Positions 19,496-28,068 of a stretch of 64,000 bases of DNA are shown piece by piece. The notes beneath the pieces are model-generated. The model saw only the letters and a list, made by a program, of their open reading frames with translations, made no database searches and was not told where the DNA came from. The DNA is from an uncultured Pseudomonadota bacterium (GTDB taxonomy: Bacteria; Chloroflexota; UBA5177; JAJPKF01), in contig CAWCYJ010000003.1 in assembly GCA_963799725.1 (NCBI GenBank), forward strand, positions 9,795 through 73,794. Direction: 5' to 3'. Within the stretch, counting starts at the first letter, position 1. The number at the start of each line of letters is the position of its first letter. Both the position numbers and the translations under genes were made by a program.

Positions 19496-20150
19496 ATGAG
19501 TTTTCAAGGATGGCCGGCGGCTGCTCTCGAGTTCTTTGAGGGCCTCGAGGCCGACAACTCCAAATCCTACTGGCAGGCTCACAAAGACGTCTATGAGCAC
19601 GCCGTCAAGGCGCCAATGGACGAGCTGCTGACGGAGCTCGAGCCCGAGTTCGGTGAGGGTCGCCTGTTCCGGCCCTATCGAGACATCCGTTTCAGCAAGG
19701 ACAAGACTCCGTACAAGACATCCATCGCCGCCACTATCGGGGAGGGCTACGTGAATCTGTCCGCCGATGGGCTCAGAGTGGGTGCGGGCATGTATCACAT
19801 GGCACCGGATCAGCTCGAGCGGTATCGAGAGGCGGTGTCAGCCGGCACGACAGGCGAGAGGCTAGCTGCCATCGTCGACGGCTTCCGAGAATGCCGGAAT
19901 CGAGGTCTACGGTTCGGGAGCCTTGAAAACAGCCCCGAGAGGCTACCCGAAGGACCACCCAAGAGCGGAGCTGCTTCGGTACAGAGGCATCGTGGCTATG
20001 CGAGCTTGGCCGCAGGGTGAGTGGCTAGAAACGTCGGAGGCCAAGCAGCGTGTGATCGATGTCCTTCGCAGCACGGCTCCATTGGTCGAATGGCTGAACC
20101 GTGAGGTTGGCGAATCGACGGAAGATGCACCTGTACGCGGCCGCCGGTGA
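19496..20150 (+). pseudogene. DUF2461 (TIGR02453) family protein, 1 frameshift near 19875
   Basis: The sequence reads GWPAAALEFFEGLEADNSKSYWQAHKDVYE...FRPYRDIRFSKDKTPYKT. After a frame change it continues SENAGIEVYGSGALKTAPRGYPKDHPRAELLRYRGIV. Confidence 0.75.
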
Positions 20151-20213
20151 TCGGCTGTCGGAAACCTGCAGGGGTGGCCTCTTTCTAGGTCTTGGGACCT
20201 GTTCGCCAGTTCG

Positions 20214-20588
20214 TTACGATCTTGAGGAAATCACTATCAGGATGTCAAGGCCGACGAACACCAGCAGAGAAAACAACATGATTGCTTTTCCCGTGACCCG
20301 GGCGAGGTTTACCGTGATCTGTGGAAGGCTGCGAACCTTGACGAAAAGGTCTTCATCGTCAGGATTGTTGTAGAAGCCTAAGAACCAGTGCTGATCGTCG
20401 CCATAATCGACTGCCGAGTGCAGGCGAGCAAACGAGCCGACAATGCCCACGATCTCATAGATCGCGACAGCGGTCAGGACTACAACCGCCCACCACGGGG
20501 TACCGGCTGCCGCCTGCAGATCGCCGTGCGACATCACTCCCGCAATCATGAAGCGGAGGGAGAGCATTTGGGTGATTTCAGGATGCAA
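20214..20588 (-). CDS. Hypothetical membrane protein
   Basis: The ORF is an intact 124 aa with three hydrophobic segments. No family was recognised. Confidence 0.45.
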   Translation of the reverse strand: MHPEITQMLSLRFMIAGVMSHGDLQAAAGTPWWAVVVLTAVAIYEIVGIVGSFARLHSAVDYGDDQHWFLGFYNNPDDEDLFVKVRSLPQITVNLARVTGKAIMLFSLLVFVGLDILIVISSRS

Positions 20589-20795
20589 GCATCCACCATA
20601 AGATCGATGGACTCCTCATTGATCCTTCTCCCAAAAGTCTCCCATAAGCCACATTTTGCCAGGCGGTACAAGCCAGTGAACCGCCCCGAAGTGACGCTGA
20701 AACACCATCTCCCGCTGGCTCAATTTGGCTATGCTAAGCTTTTTTGTCTCACTGAACGATACCTCTGAGGTTTTGTTCGAGACATCCGTTCCCGT

Positions 20796-20870
20796 GCAGG
20801 TGTAGTTCAATCATTAGAACGGTCGCCTTCCAGGTGGCAAGTGTGGGTGTAAGTCCCACCGCCTGCTCCA
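20796..20870 (+). tRNA. tRNA-Gly (anticodon UCC) with encoded CCA and non-canonical D- and T-loops
   Basis: The cloverleaf reads GCAGGTG TA GTTC AATCATTA GAAC G GTCGC CTTCCAG GTGGC AAGT GTGGG TGTAAGT CCCAC CGCCTGC T CCA. It has a 7-bp acceptor stem, and U8, A14, A21, U33, U54-A58, G53-C61 and U73 are all present. The D-loop lacks GG, and the T-loop is TGTAAGT instead of TTCRANY. Confidence 0.75.
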
Positions 20871-21072
20871 AACCTCCTGACCACTTCTTACCATCACCCC
20901 CCGGGCGGACCGTGATGGTGCCGAGATTTGACTGCCGTTCCGAGGCTGTCGGGCTGCAGGGCAAGTTGGCGTAGCTGGTCCATTCGGCGTAAGGTCGAAA
21001 CAGCTAACAAACGCCTAATCTGGACGGCCACGTAAGCCGAGGGTCACGCCGCCTCCAGATTGCCTTTACTAC

Positions 21073-21092
21073 ATACCCTCCCAGGGTATAAT
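21073..21092 (+). promoter_or_regulatory. CsoR-type operator palindrome overlapping a TATAAT -10 box
   Basis: ATACCCT-CCC-AGGGTAT (21073-21089) has 7-bp perfect arms. TATAAT lies at 21087-21092, about 35 nt upstream of the permease start. A csoR gene is at the end of the operon. Confidence 0.6.
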
Positions 21093-21127
21093 TCGCCAGT
21101 GCCTTTGTAGGCAATCCTGGCACCCGT

Positions 21128-22432
21128 ATGATCCACATTCTGATAACAATCGCACGCAGCCTCGACGAGAGTTTCTTCATGTTTTGGGAGACCTTGTGGG
21201 CTCTCGTGCTAGGCTTCGGACTCTCAGGCGCCGTACAGGCCTTCGTCAGTCGGGGAGAAATGAAGCAGCTCCTTGGGGATCACTCTCCCAAGGTCATTGT
21301 TCGGGCTTCATTTCTGGGCATGGTGAGCTCCTCGTGCTCTTACGCCGCAAGTGCGCTGGCTAAAAGCCTCTTTGCTGGGGGCGCGGACTTCACCAGCTCC
21401 ATGGTGTTCATGTTCGCCTCAACCAACCTGGTGATCGAGCTGGGCGCCGTGCTGTGGCTGCTCATGGGCTGGCAGTTCGCCCTGGCGGAGTTCGTGGGTG
21501 GAGCAATCATGATTGTGCTTCTGGCCATTGTCCTGCCGCGAATCCTCCCGGCTGGACAGCTCGCCGCGGCTCGGCAACGCCTGGAACGTGCGGGCAAAGG
21601 CGATAACGACGATGCCGACCAGCTCGATCCCGCCGAGTCGCAGCCTCCGGCTCAGCGGATTCGCAGCCTCGCCGGCTGGTCGGATGCTGCGTCGTACACC
21701 ATGAGCGATCTATCAATGCTGAGAAAGGAGCTGATCGCAGGATTCGTCATTGCAGGCTTTGCGAGCGTTGCAATTCCCACCGCCTTCTGGCAATCTCTGT
21801 TCATCACCGGTCACCAGCCGTGGTCATCGATCGAGAACGTTCTGATTGGGCCACTTCTGGCGATCATTAGTTTCGTCTGCTCGATCGGAAATGTCCCCTT
21901 GGCGGCCGCACTGTGGAAGGGCGGGAGCAGCTTTGGCGGCGTCATCTCGTTCGTATTCGGCGACCTCATTACACTTCCAATCCTGGCAATCTATCGGAAG
22001 TATTACGGGGTGCCGTTAACCCTTCGCCTTCTTGCAGCTTTCTGGTTGGTCATGAGCGTAGCAGGTCTTGCAACGGAGTATCTGTTTAAGGCTCTCGCTA
22101 TCGCTCCGGCGACTCATCCCGCGGCAATTGCAGAAACGGGCTTCCGGTGGGACTACACATCCGCGCTGAACATCCTCGCCCTGGTTGTCTTTGCGGGGCT
22201 GCTTGTCCTCTCTCGGAGGCGTCGGTCAGATGCCTCAACCATCTATGCCCAGGACGTCATCTGCGGGATGCAGGTCGAGAAACGAAGCGCACCGGCTCGA
22301 ACTGTTCACGCGGGCCAAACGCTATATTTCTGTTCCGATCGATGTCTTGAGCGATTCGAAAAGACATCCGGAGAGATATGTCCAAGGACGCTGGTCCGGA
22401 TGAGCGTTATGTCGAGTGAGGCACAAACGTGA
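21128..22432 (+). CDS. COG0701-type permease fused to a C-terminal YHS/TRASH metal-binding domain
   Basis: The ORF is an intact 434 aa and polytopic. The C-terminus reads DVICGMQVEKRSAPARTVHAGQTLYFCSDRCLERFEK (YHS pattern). An alternative start is the internal ATG of MFWETLW. Confidence 0.75.
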   Translation: MIHILITIARSLDESFFMFWETLWALVLGFGLSGAVQAFVSRGEMKQLLGDHSPKVIVRASFLGMVSSSCSYAASALAKSLFAGGADFTSSMVFMFASTNLVIELGAVLWLLMGWQFALAEFVGGAIMIVLLAIVLPRILPAGQLAAARQRLERAGKGDNDDADQLDPAESQPPAQRIRSLAGWSDAASYTMSDLSMLRKELIAGFVIAGFASVAIPTAFWQSLFITGHQPWSSIENVLIGPLLAIISFVCSIGNVPLAAALWKGGSSFGGVISFVFGDLITLPILAIYRKYYGVPLTLRLLAAFWLVMSVAGLATEYLFKALAIAPATHPAAIAETGFRWDYTSALNILALVVFAGLLVLSRRRRSDASTIYAQDVICGMQVEKRSAPARTVHAGQTLYFCSDRCLERFEKTSGEICPRTLVRMSVMSSEAQT

Positions 22433-22535
22433 GGACGGGTGGCATCTGCGATCCCCTTTGCGGATGCCGTTAATGTCTCCCGCCATCAGCACCAATACTC
22501 CAAGCGCCGACCAAGAACGCAAGAAGAGGATTGCC

Positions 22536-22817
22536 ATGCCTGGATACTCTGACGATAAGTCTCGCTACCTCAAACGACTTCACCGAATCGAGGGCCAGGT
22601 TAGGGGCATCACTCGCATGGTGGATGAGGACCAGTACTGCATCGATGTCCTCACCCAAATAACGGCCGCGACGCGAGCTCTCCAGGCTGTAGCGGTGGGA
22701 TTGATGGATGATCACCTGCGCCACTGTGTTCGAGAAGCCATGGCGGTCGGTGGGACGGAGAGCGATGCAAAGGTGGCAGAAGTGTCTCGCGCCATCGAAC
22801 GCTTGGTTCGAGCCTAG
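22536..22817 (+). CDS. csoR: CsoR/RcnR-family metal-sensing repressor
   Basis: The start reads agaggattgccATG. The product reads MPGYSDDKSRYLKRLHRIEGQVRGITRMVDEDQYCIDVLTQI...DDHLRHCV, with the C...H...C ligand pattern. The ORF-track start at 22416 is probably too far upstream. Confidence 0.85.
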   Translation: MPGYSDDKSRYLKRLHRIEGQVRGITRMVDEDQYCIDVLTQITAATRALQAVAVGLMDDHLRHCVREAMAVGGTESDAKVAEVSRAIERLVRA

Positions 22818-23101
22818 AGAAGCTCCGACAGGTTGGGGTTGCAGGCCAGCGGGACCCTATTCGGACAGACGCTAGCCTCCTGACCAGCTAGCCAGAGCCG
22901 AGGCGTCGCCCGGCTGGAGACCGGGGCCTGGAACCCCGTCAAGGCAGTACTGCCACGGGCACCTTCAATCCAATCATCTCGTTCTCGCGGAAGGAACTGC
23001 CTCACCTAGCAGCTTCAAGCAAAGTGCTTTCATCTCGCGAACGGCATGTAACTTGCTTTGACGATGGGAACATTCCGTAAACCTGAAGAGGAGAGTTAAA
23101 G

Positions 23102-24097
23102 ATGATGGAAACAAGGAGAACCGTAAGTCGTCGTGAGGCACTGCTTGCCGGTGCCGGCGTTCTTGGAACAGCCGCAGCCCTATCTACGCCCGGTCTTCCG
23201 GCCATGGCGGCGACAGCTGAGTCTGAAGACTCGGCCCATACCAATTTCCTTCCGGCTTCGATGCTGCCTCAGAAGCAGATCGAAGGAATTCTACATACCA
23301 TGGGCAAAGTCAGCAAGGATGTCTTTAGCTTGATGCTTTTCCGCACGGACCTACACCTCATCGGCCCCGATAACCGAAGATGGTCGCCTTACTTTCAATC
23401 GATGCATGAGTTCTACTTCCAGGCGATCGGTAAGAACCGCTGCATCATGAATTGCGACATAACGTTCAAAGATTCCGAAGTCGAACGTGCGTTGGACGCG
23501 ATCCTCCGGAACGGCTTTTCAGTCCAGGCAATGCACCAGCACTTTGTCGGAGAGAAGCCGCAGACGTTCCACTATCATTTCCGGAAGATCGGGCACCCGA
23601 TCCAGATCGCCCATGAAATCGTCAGCGTCATCCGCTCGACGTCAACGCCCTTTCCACAGAGCTCATCCTCGAATCCGAAGTCTCCTTTACCAGCCAATCA
23701 GATGGCAAAGATTCTCGGTGGTGGTACACCGGATATCCGAGAGGATGGAGTCGTTGATATCTCCGTTGATCGCCGCAACAAAATGGTCCTCGACGGCGTC
23801 ACCATTTCTCCGGAGCTGAACATCTCAAGTGGCATAACGTTTCAGCCTCTGAACTCGGCGGGCACGTTAGCCATTGCCGGCCCGGATATCGGGATGACGG
23901 GACGCGAGATTGAGAGGACGTTGAGAAGAGCTCGGTCACTCGGTTTCGCCGTTCACTGTCTGTACAACCAAGAGACTCGAGAAGACCCGCAGCTTTACTT
24001 CTCACATATGTTGAAGCACGGCAATCCGTTGCAGCTGTCTCGCGAAATCCGCATGATTTTGGACGAGACAAACGTGGAAGGAAGTCCCAGAAGGTAA
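23102..24097 (+). CDS. Tat-exported DUF1259 (LpqO/LppY-like) protein
   Basis: The RBS gaggagag precedes a twin-arginine signal, SRREALLAGAGVLG. A duplicated module ends in AMHQHFVGEKPQTFHYHF and VHCLYNQETREDPQLYFSHM. Confidence 0.65.
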   Translation: MMETRRTVSRREALLAGAGVLGTAAALSTPGLPAMAATAESEDSAHTNFLPASMLPQKQIEGILHTMGKVSKDVFSLMLFRTDLHLIGPDNRRWSPYFQSMHEFYFQAIGKNRCIMNCDITFKDSEVERALDAILRNGFSVQAMHQHFVGEKPQTFHYHFRKIGHPIQIAHEIVSVIRSTSTPFPQSSSSNPKSPLPANQMAKILGGGTPDIREDGVVDISVDRRNKMVLDGVTISPELNISSGITFQPLNSAGTLAIAGPDIGMTGREIERTLRRARSLGFAVHCLYNQETREDPQLYFSHMLKHGNPLQLSREIRMILDETNVEGSPRR

Positions 24098-24126
24098 CGT
24101 CCGTCTGATGTAGCCCGACCGCTAAC

Positions 24127-24168
24127 TGAAACGAAAAGCCGGGGAGCCGTTGTCGGGCTCCCCGGCTT
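24127..24168 (-). terminator. Intrinsic terminator for 24202-25254, shared hairpin with convergent 23102-24097
   Basis: aagccggggagcc / 7 nt / ggctccccggctt forms a 13-bp stem. On the minus strand it is followed by TTTTCGTTTC. Confidence 0.8.
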
Positions 24169-24201
24169 CGTCTCGTCTAAGAGAAGGATTTCAGGATTCG
24201 G

Positions 24202-25254
24202 TTAGACGCCGTGGCAAGTCGTCGGGCAGATGTGAAAGGCGACAGGGCCAACGTCATCCTTGAGCTGTGATTGTGCCGACTCGCCAGAGGCTCGACTCCG
24301 AAAGTCGACGTATCCGAGCTTGCAGCCAGTGAGTCCGGCGCTTTTAAGGATCGATGTAACATCGAGGCCCACCGAGAAGTAGTCACCCGCCGGCAGAGTA
24401 TCGACGAGATTGTACTTTTTGTCGTAGCAACCCCATGAGCCGCAGCCAATGGTGTGCTGATTCACGGCGGCAGTAATATTTGGGCCAATCACGGGAACGC
24501 TGCTTCCGCTCGCCTGAAAGTCGGGAGCCGAGAAGTCATAGCCAGCCGGCTCCGAGGCGCAGGTTTGAACGTGAGAATCCTGTGCCGGCGTCTTTGCGAC
24601 GAAGACCTTCACTGTTTCCGGAGCGTTATTTCCGCCGTAGTCCACTGAAACCAGAATGTCGCCTGGTTCTCTATAAGGATTCCCGGCTGCGTCTAGGCGC
24701 TGATTGAACTCGATGTCGAAGTCTCGACTCGGATTATTGGTGATGCCGACGTAATCCAGAGCTGCGGCTACATATGTCTCGTTGCCCTGTGTGGAGGAGC
24801 TTAAATAGGCGTTGGCAATGTCGTCCTTAATGTCTGGTGGCGGGGGAGCAGACTTAATGTTCCAATTGCAGGGGTTGGCTTCCTTGTTACCGCCGCTAAA
24901 TACCGACTGATCGGCCTTCTTGACACCGTCACAGATAACGATGGCAGACGTCGAGGCGTTTGTACAGGTGCCGTTGCTATTCCTTGTCGCCTGCACGATA
25001 CCCGCTCCGCCCGGGCCATCTGCCCAGTTCTGACCATTTGCGCACTGCCTCTGCTCGTTGCCGTCAATCGCTAAGCCATCTACCAGCGAACCAGTCCCCG
25101 TGGGACAGGAAGAAGCCGGAACACTCCCGCCTGCGGACAGATTGTTTGCTGACGCGACACCAGAACCATAAGCGCCCACTGAAAAGAGCGTGAGCATCAC
25201 TACGGCACCGGCGAGCCAGCCTCTCGTTCTAACCACCATCTTTGATTCCTCCAA
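24202..25254 (-). CDS. Secreted cysteine-rich hypothetical protein
   Basis: The ORF is an intact 350 aa with the signal peptide GWLAGAVVMLTLFSVGAYG and about 14 Cys. No family was recognised. Confidence 0.55.
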   Translation of the reverse strand: MEESKMVVRTRGWLAGAVVMLTLFSVGAYGSGVASANNLSAGGSVPASSCPTGTGSLVDGLAIDGNEQRQCANGQNWADGPGGAGIVQATRNSNGTCTNASTSAIVICDGVKKADQSVFSGGNKEANPCNWNIKSAPPPPDIKDDIANAYLSSSTQGNETYVAAALDYVGITNNPSRDFDIEFNQRLDAAGNPYREPGDILVSVDYGGNNAPETVKVFVAKTPAQDSHVQTCASEPAGYDFSAPDFQASGSSVPVIGPNITAAVNQHTIGCGSWGCYDKKYNLVDTLPAGDYFSVGLDVTSILKSAGLTGCKLGYVDFRSRASGESAQSQLKDDVGPVAFHICPTTCHGV

Positions 25255-25497
25255 TTTGGATTGTTGTTTAATCGTTGGACACCATCCGGTTTGTGTGGCA
25301 ACGGTTTAGATGTGGTTCAGAAGGTGCCTGGTAAGCAGTCGAGAGTGAAGATTTTCAAGTTCAGGAATCCAAACTTCCAAAATTGATCATTGGAGTCATG
25401 TAGGGCTTGGCATCTCTACACTGATTCCCGTGCGAGTTGGTCCAGCTGCGGTGGGCGATAATAGCGGAACTACAACACAACCCTTTGAGGACAAGCC

Positions 25498-26268
25498 TTG
25501 AGAATCGCCACGTGGAATGTCAACTCTGTGGTGGCACGACTCCCAAGAGTTGTTCAGTGGCTCGAGACCTCAAAGCCAGACGTCCTGTGCCTGCAGGAGA
25601 CGAAGGTAGCCGACGTAGCGTTCCCCAGCCTGGAAATTCAGGCTCTTGGGTACGATCTGGCAGTTCATGGAACCGGAGGGAGAAATGGTGTCGCCATCCT
25701 TTCGCGGATCGGGCTCCTCGATGTAACGAGAGGCTTCCCTGGAGAACCAGGATTTCCGGAAGTGGAGGCGCGGGCCGTCGCCGCGACCTGTGGAGAGCTG
25801 CGGGTGCATTCGGTTTACGTTCCCAACGGACGAGAAGTTGGAACGCCCGCGTTTGAGTTCAAGCTGAGATGGCTCTCAGCCTTCCTGGAGTCTGTACGGG
25901 ACGAAGTACCTCAGCGTCAAACGGCGATCTGTGGAGACTTCAATGTGGCCCTGACAGATGACGATGTCTGGGACCCAGACGCATTCATCGGCTCAACGCA
26001 CGTCACTCAGGAGGAGCGTGCAGCAGTGATGCGACTCATCGATCTTGGACTGATCGATGTGCAGCCTCGGGCATTCAAGGGCCGTCCGTTTTCTTATTGG
26101 GATTATCGCGCCGGCAACTTTCACAAGGGCCTTGGCATGCGTATCGATCTCGTATTGCTAAGTCAATCACTTGGGGCTGGAATTACAGACGCGTACATCG
26201 ATCGCGACGCCCGCAAGGGGACACTTCCGTCCGACCATGCACCCGTGGTTGTAGATATCCAGGATTGA
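25498..26268 (+). CDS. xthA: Exodeoxyribonuclease III
   Basis: The start is TTG. The product reads RIATWNVNSVVARL...LCLQETK...YDLAVHG...PSDHAPVVVD and is an intact 256 aa. Confidence 0.9.
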   Translation: MRIATWNVNSVVARLPRVVQWLETSKPDVLCLQETKVADVAFPSLEIQALGYDLAVHGTGGRNGVAILSRIGLLDVTRGFPGEPGFPEVEARAVAATCGELRVHSVYVPNGREVGTPAFEFKLRWLSAFLESVRDEVPQRQTAICGDFNVALTDDDVWDPDAFIGSTHVTQEERAAVMRLIDLGLIDVQPRAFKGRPFSYWDYRAGNFHKGLGMRIDLVLLSQSLGAGITDAYIDRDARKGTLPSDHAPVVVDIQD

Positions 26269-26299
26269 GTCGGGCCGAGCTGGCTGCTGTACGTCCTCT

Positions 26300-27301
26300 C
26301 TAGACTTTCTTGGCCCGGCTTGGCGCAACTCTCGGTGGCTCTCCCTCGACCTTTGGATACTGCGGCGGCCAGGGAGCTTCCGGTAAGCCCTCCTCCACGT
26401 CATGTCGATGCATTTCCATCAACGGCTCAAGTGATTGAGGTGCTAATTCTTCCCATGGATCTCCGCCGGCGGACAGTCTTGCCGGAACGGAAGCGATGGT
26501 CAGGCCATCCGGATCGATACGTTCTAGCTCTGCCCAAGAGAACGGCGTGGATACCTGAGCACCTGGTCTGGCGCGAACCGACCAAGCACTGAACACAGTC
26601 TTGTGTGGTGCATTCTGGTTGAAGTCCACGAAAACTCTCCTTCCCCGCTCTTCCTTCCACCAAGCTGTGGTGATCAGGTCAGGCCGTCTCCGCTCCAGCT
26701 CACGTCCCACTGCCACGGCGGCATGCCGCACGTCATAAGACGTCCAGCGGGGCAGTAATCGCACATAAACATGGATGCCGCGATTCCCCGTCGTCTTGGG
26801 TAACCCTAAGATTCCGTGCTCGGCAAGAAGACTTCTCGTAAGCTGAGCCGCCTCTTGAACCATGGGAAAGGTGACTCCCGGGCTCGGGTCAAGATCAAGC
26901 CGAAGCTCGTCTGCGTGTTCTGGATCTGATGCCAGGTTCGGCCAGGCGTGGAATCCCAGGCAGCCGAGATTGACGGCCCAAAGTACGTGAGCCATGTCGG
27001 CAGCCACCAGGGCATCTGATACTGTTCCGTTCGGGGTACTGACCGTCGTCGTCTGCATCCATTCGGGTCGCGACTCAGGCATGCGCTTCTGAAAGAACGA
27101 TGACCCACTCGCCCCGTTGGGAAAGCGCTGTAGAAGCACCGGCCGCCCACCGATCGCTCGCATCAGCGGCTCCTCGACGGCTAGGTAATATCGCGCCAGA
27201 TCCAGCTTCGTGTCGCCGCGCTCGGAAAAGAACACCTTCTCCGGACTGGTGATGCGAACCTCTTGACCGGCGGCCTCAAGAATAGCGATGGTATCTGCCA
27301 T
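26300..27301 (-). CDS. Stand-alone LigD-type polymerase/primase domain protein (NHEJ PolDom)
   Basis: The ORF is an intact 333 aa reading ...RPVLLQRFPNG...LRLDLDP...KTTGNRGIHVYVRL...RVFVDFNQNAPHKTV. Confidence 0.8.
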   Translation of the reverse strand: MADTIAILEAAGQEVRITSPEKVFFSERGDTKLDLARYYLAVEEPLMRAIGGRPVLLQRFPNGASGSSFFQKRMPESRPEWMQTTTVSTPNGTVSDALVAADMAHVLWAVNLGCLGFHAWPNLASDPEHADELRLDLDPSPGVTFPMVQEAAQLTRSLLAEHGILGLPKTTGNRGIHVYVRLLPRWTSYDVRHAAVAVGRELERRRPDLITTAWWKEERGRRVFVDFNQNAPHKTVFSAWSVRARPGAQVSTPFSWAELERIDPDGLTIASVPARLSAGGDPWEELAPQSLEPLMEMHRHDVEEGLPEAPWPPQYPKVEGEPPRVAPSRAKKV

Positions 27302-27410
27302 TTTTCAACGAAACCTTTGAAAGAGGAGTCTATCGTCAACCGACCCTCTGGCAGATTACGACGAATCGCCACAGGCTGTAAAGGAAAGGGTTGGAGACGA
27401 AAATCAGTAC

Positions 27411-27441
27411 TTGACCTTCAAGTGCACTTGAAGGTATAGGC
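27411..27441 (+). promoter_or_regulatory. MerR-type promoter: TTGACC, an 18-19-nt spacer containing a perfect 22-bp palindrome, and TATAGG/ATAGGC
   Basis: ACCTTCAAGTGCACTTGAAGGT (27414-27435) is its own reverse complement. The ATG of the MerR gene is only 8 nt past the -10 element. Confidence 0.65.
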
Positions 27442-27448
27442 TCAAGCT

Positions 27449-27961
27449 ATGAGTGATTCACTGTTGCATATCACCGAGGTGAGCCGTAGAAGTGGAGTGA
27501 CAAGCTCGGCCCTCCGCTATTACGAAGAGACCGGCTTGGTCACTCCCACTGCCAGAACTTCAACCGGCTACCGACTGTACGACAATTCGACTCTTGGACG
27601 TGTCGCCTTCATTCGACGGGCTAAATCCCTAGGCCTAACCCTTCGTGAAATCCAACAGCTGCTGAGCGAGCCGGCGAATCCGGCGACGGATCAGCGAAGA
27701 CTTCGGCACGCCATCACCCACAAACTGGCTGATGTGCAGACCCGAATCTCCCAACTCGAGATGCTGCGAGATGAGCTGGAAGCGCTTCAGGCTCGTCTCG
27801 GAAGCGCCAGCGGACCGGGATGCGGACACATCGGTGACTGCGAATGTTGGCTACCTACGACAAAGGAGGTTGAAGCAATGACAAGCAGTCCTTGCTCATG
27901 CTGCGATTGCACGTGTCCCAATGATGGCACCTGTAACTGCTGCGGCTGCCCATCCGGGTAG
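27449..27961 (+). CDS. MerR-family regulator with a cysteine-rich (metallothionein-like) C-terminal tail
   Basis: The HTH reads LHITEVSRRSGVTSSALRYYEETGLVTP, followed by a dimerisation helix. The tail reads GPGCGHIGDCECW...SSPCSCCDCTCPNDGTCNCCGCPSG. Confidence 0.85.
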   Translation: MSDSLLHITEVSRRSGVTSSALRYYEETGLVTPTARTSTGYRLYDNSTLGRVAFIRRAKSLGLTLREIQQLLSEPANPATDQRRLRHAITHKLADVQTRISQLEMLRDELEALQARLGSASGPGCGHIGDCECWLPTTKEVEAMTSSPCSCCDCTCPNDGTCNCCGCPSG

Positions 27962-28068
27962 CGCTCAGTAATCGTGACTGGCGTCGGGAGGAACGTGCTC
28001 CCGGCGTCCGTACTACCCGAGTCGTCAGCTGCGAGTTACCGACTTTTCCCCGGAGGTTTCGCCTGTCA

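Noticed and set aside
20616-20964. Minus-strand ORFs 20616-20810 and 20749-20964.
   Set aside because: They overlap the tRNA-Gly gene and an AT-richer non-coding stretch, with no coding signal.
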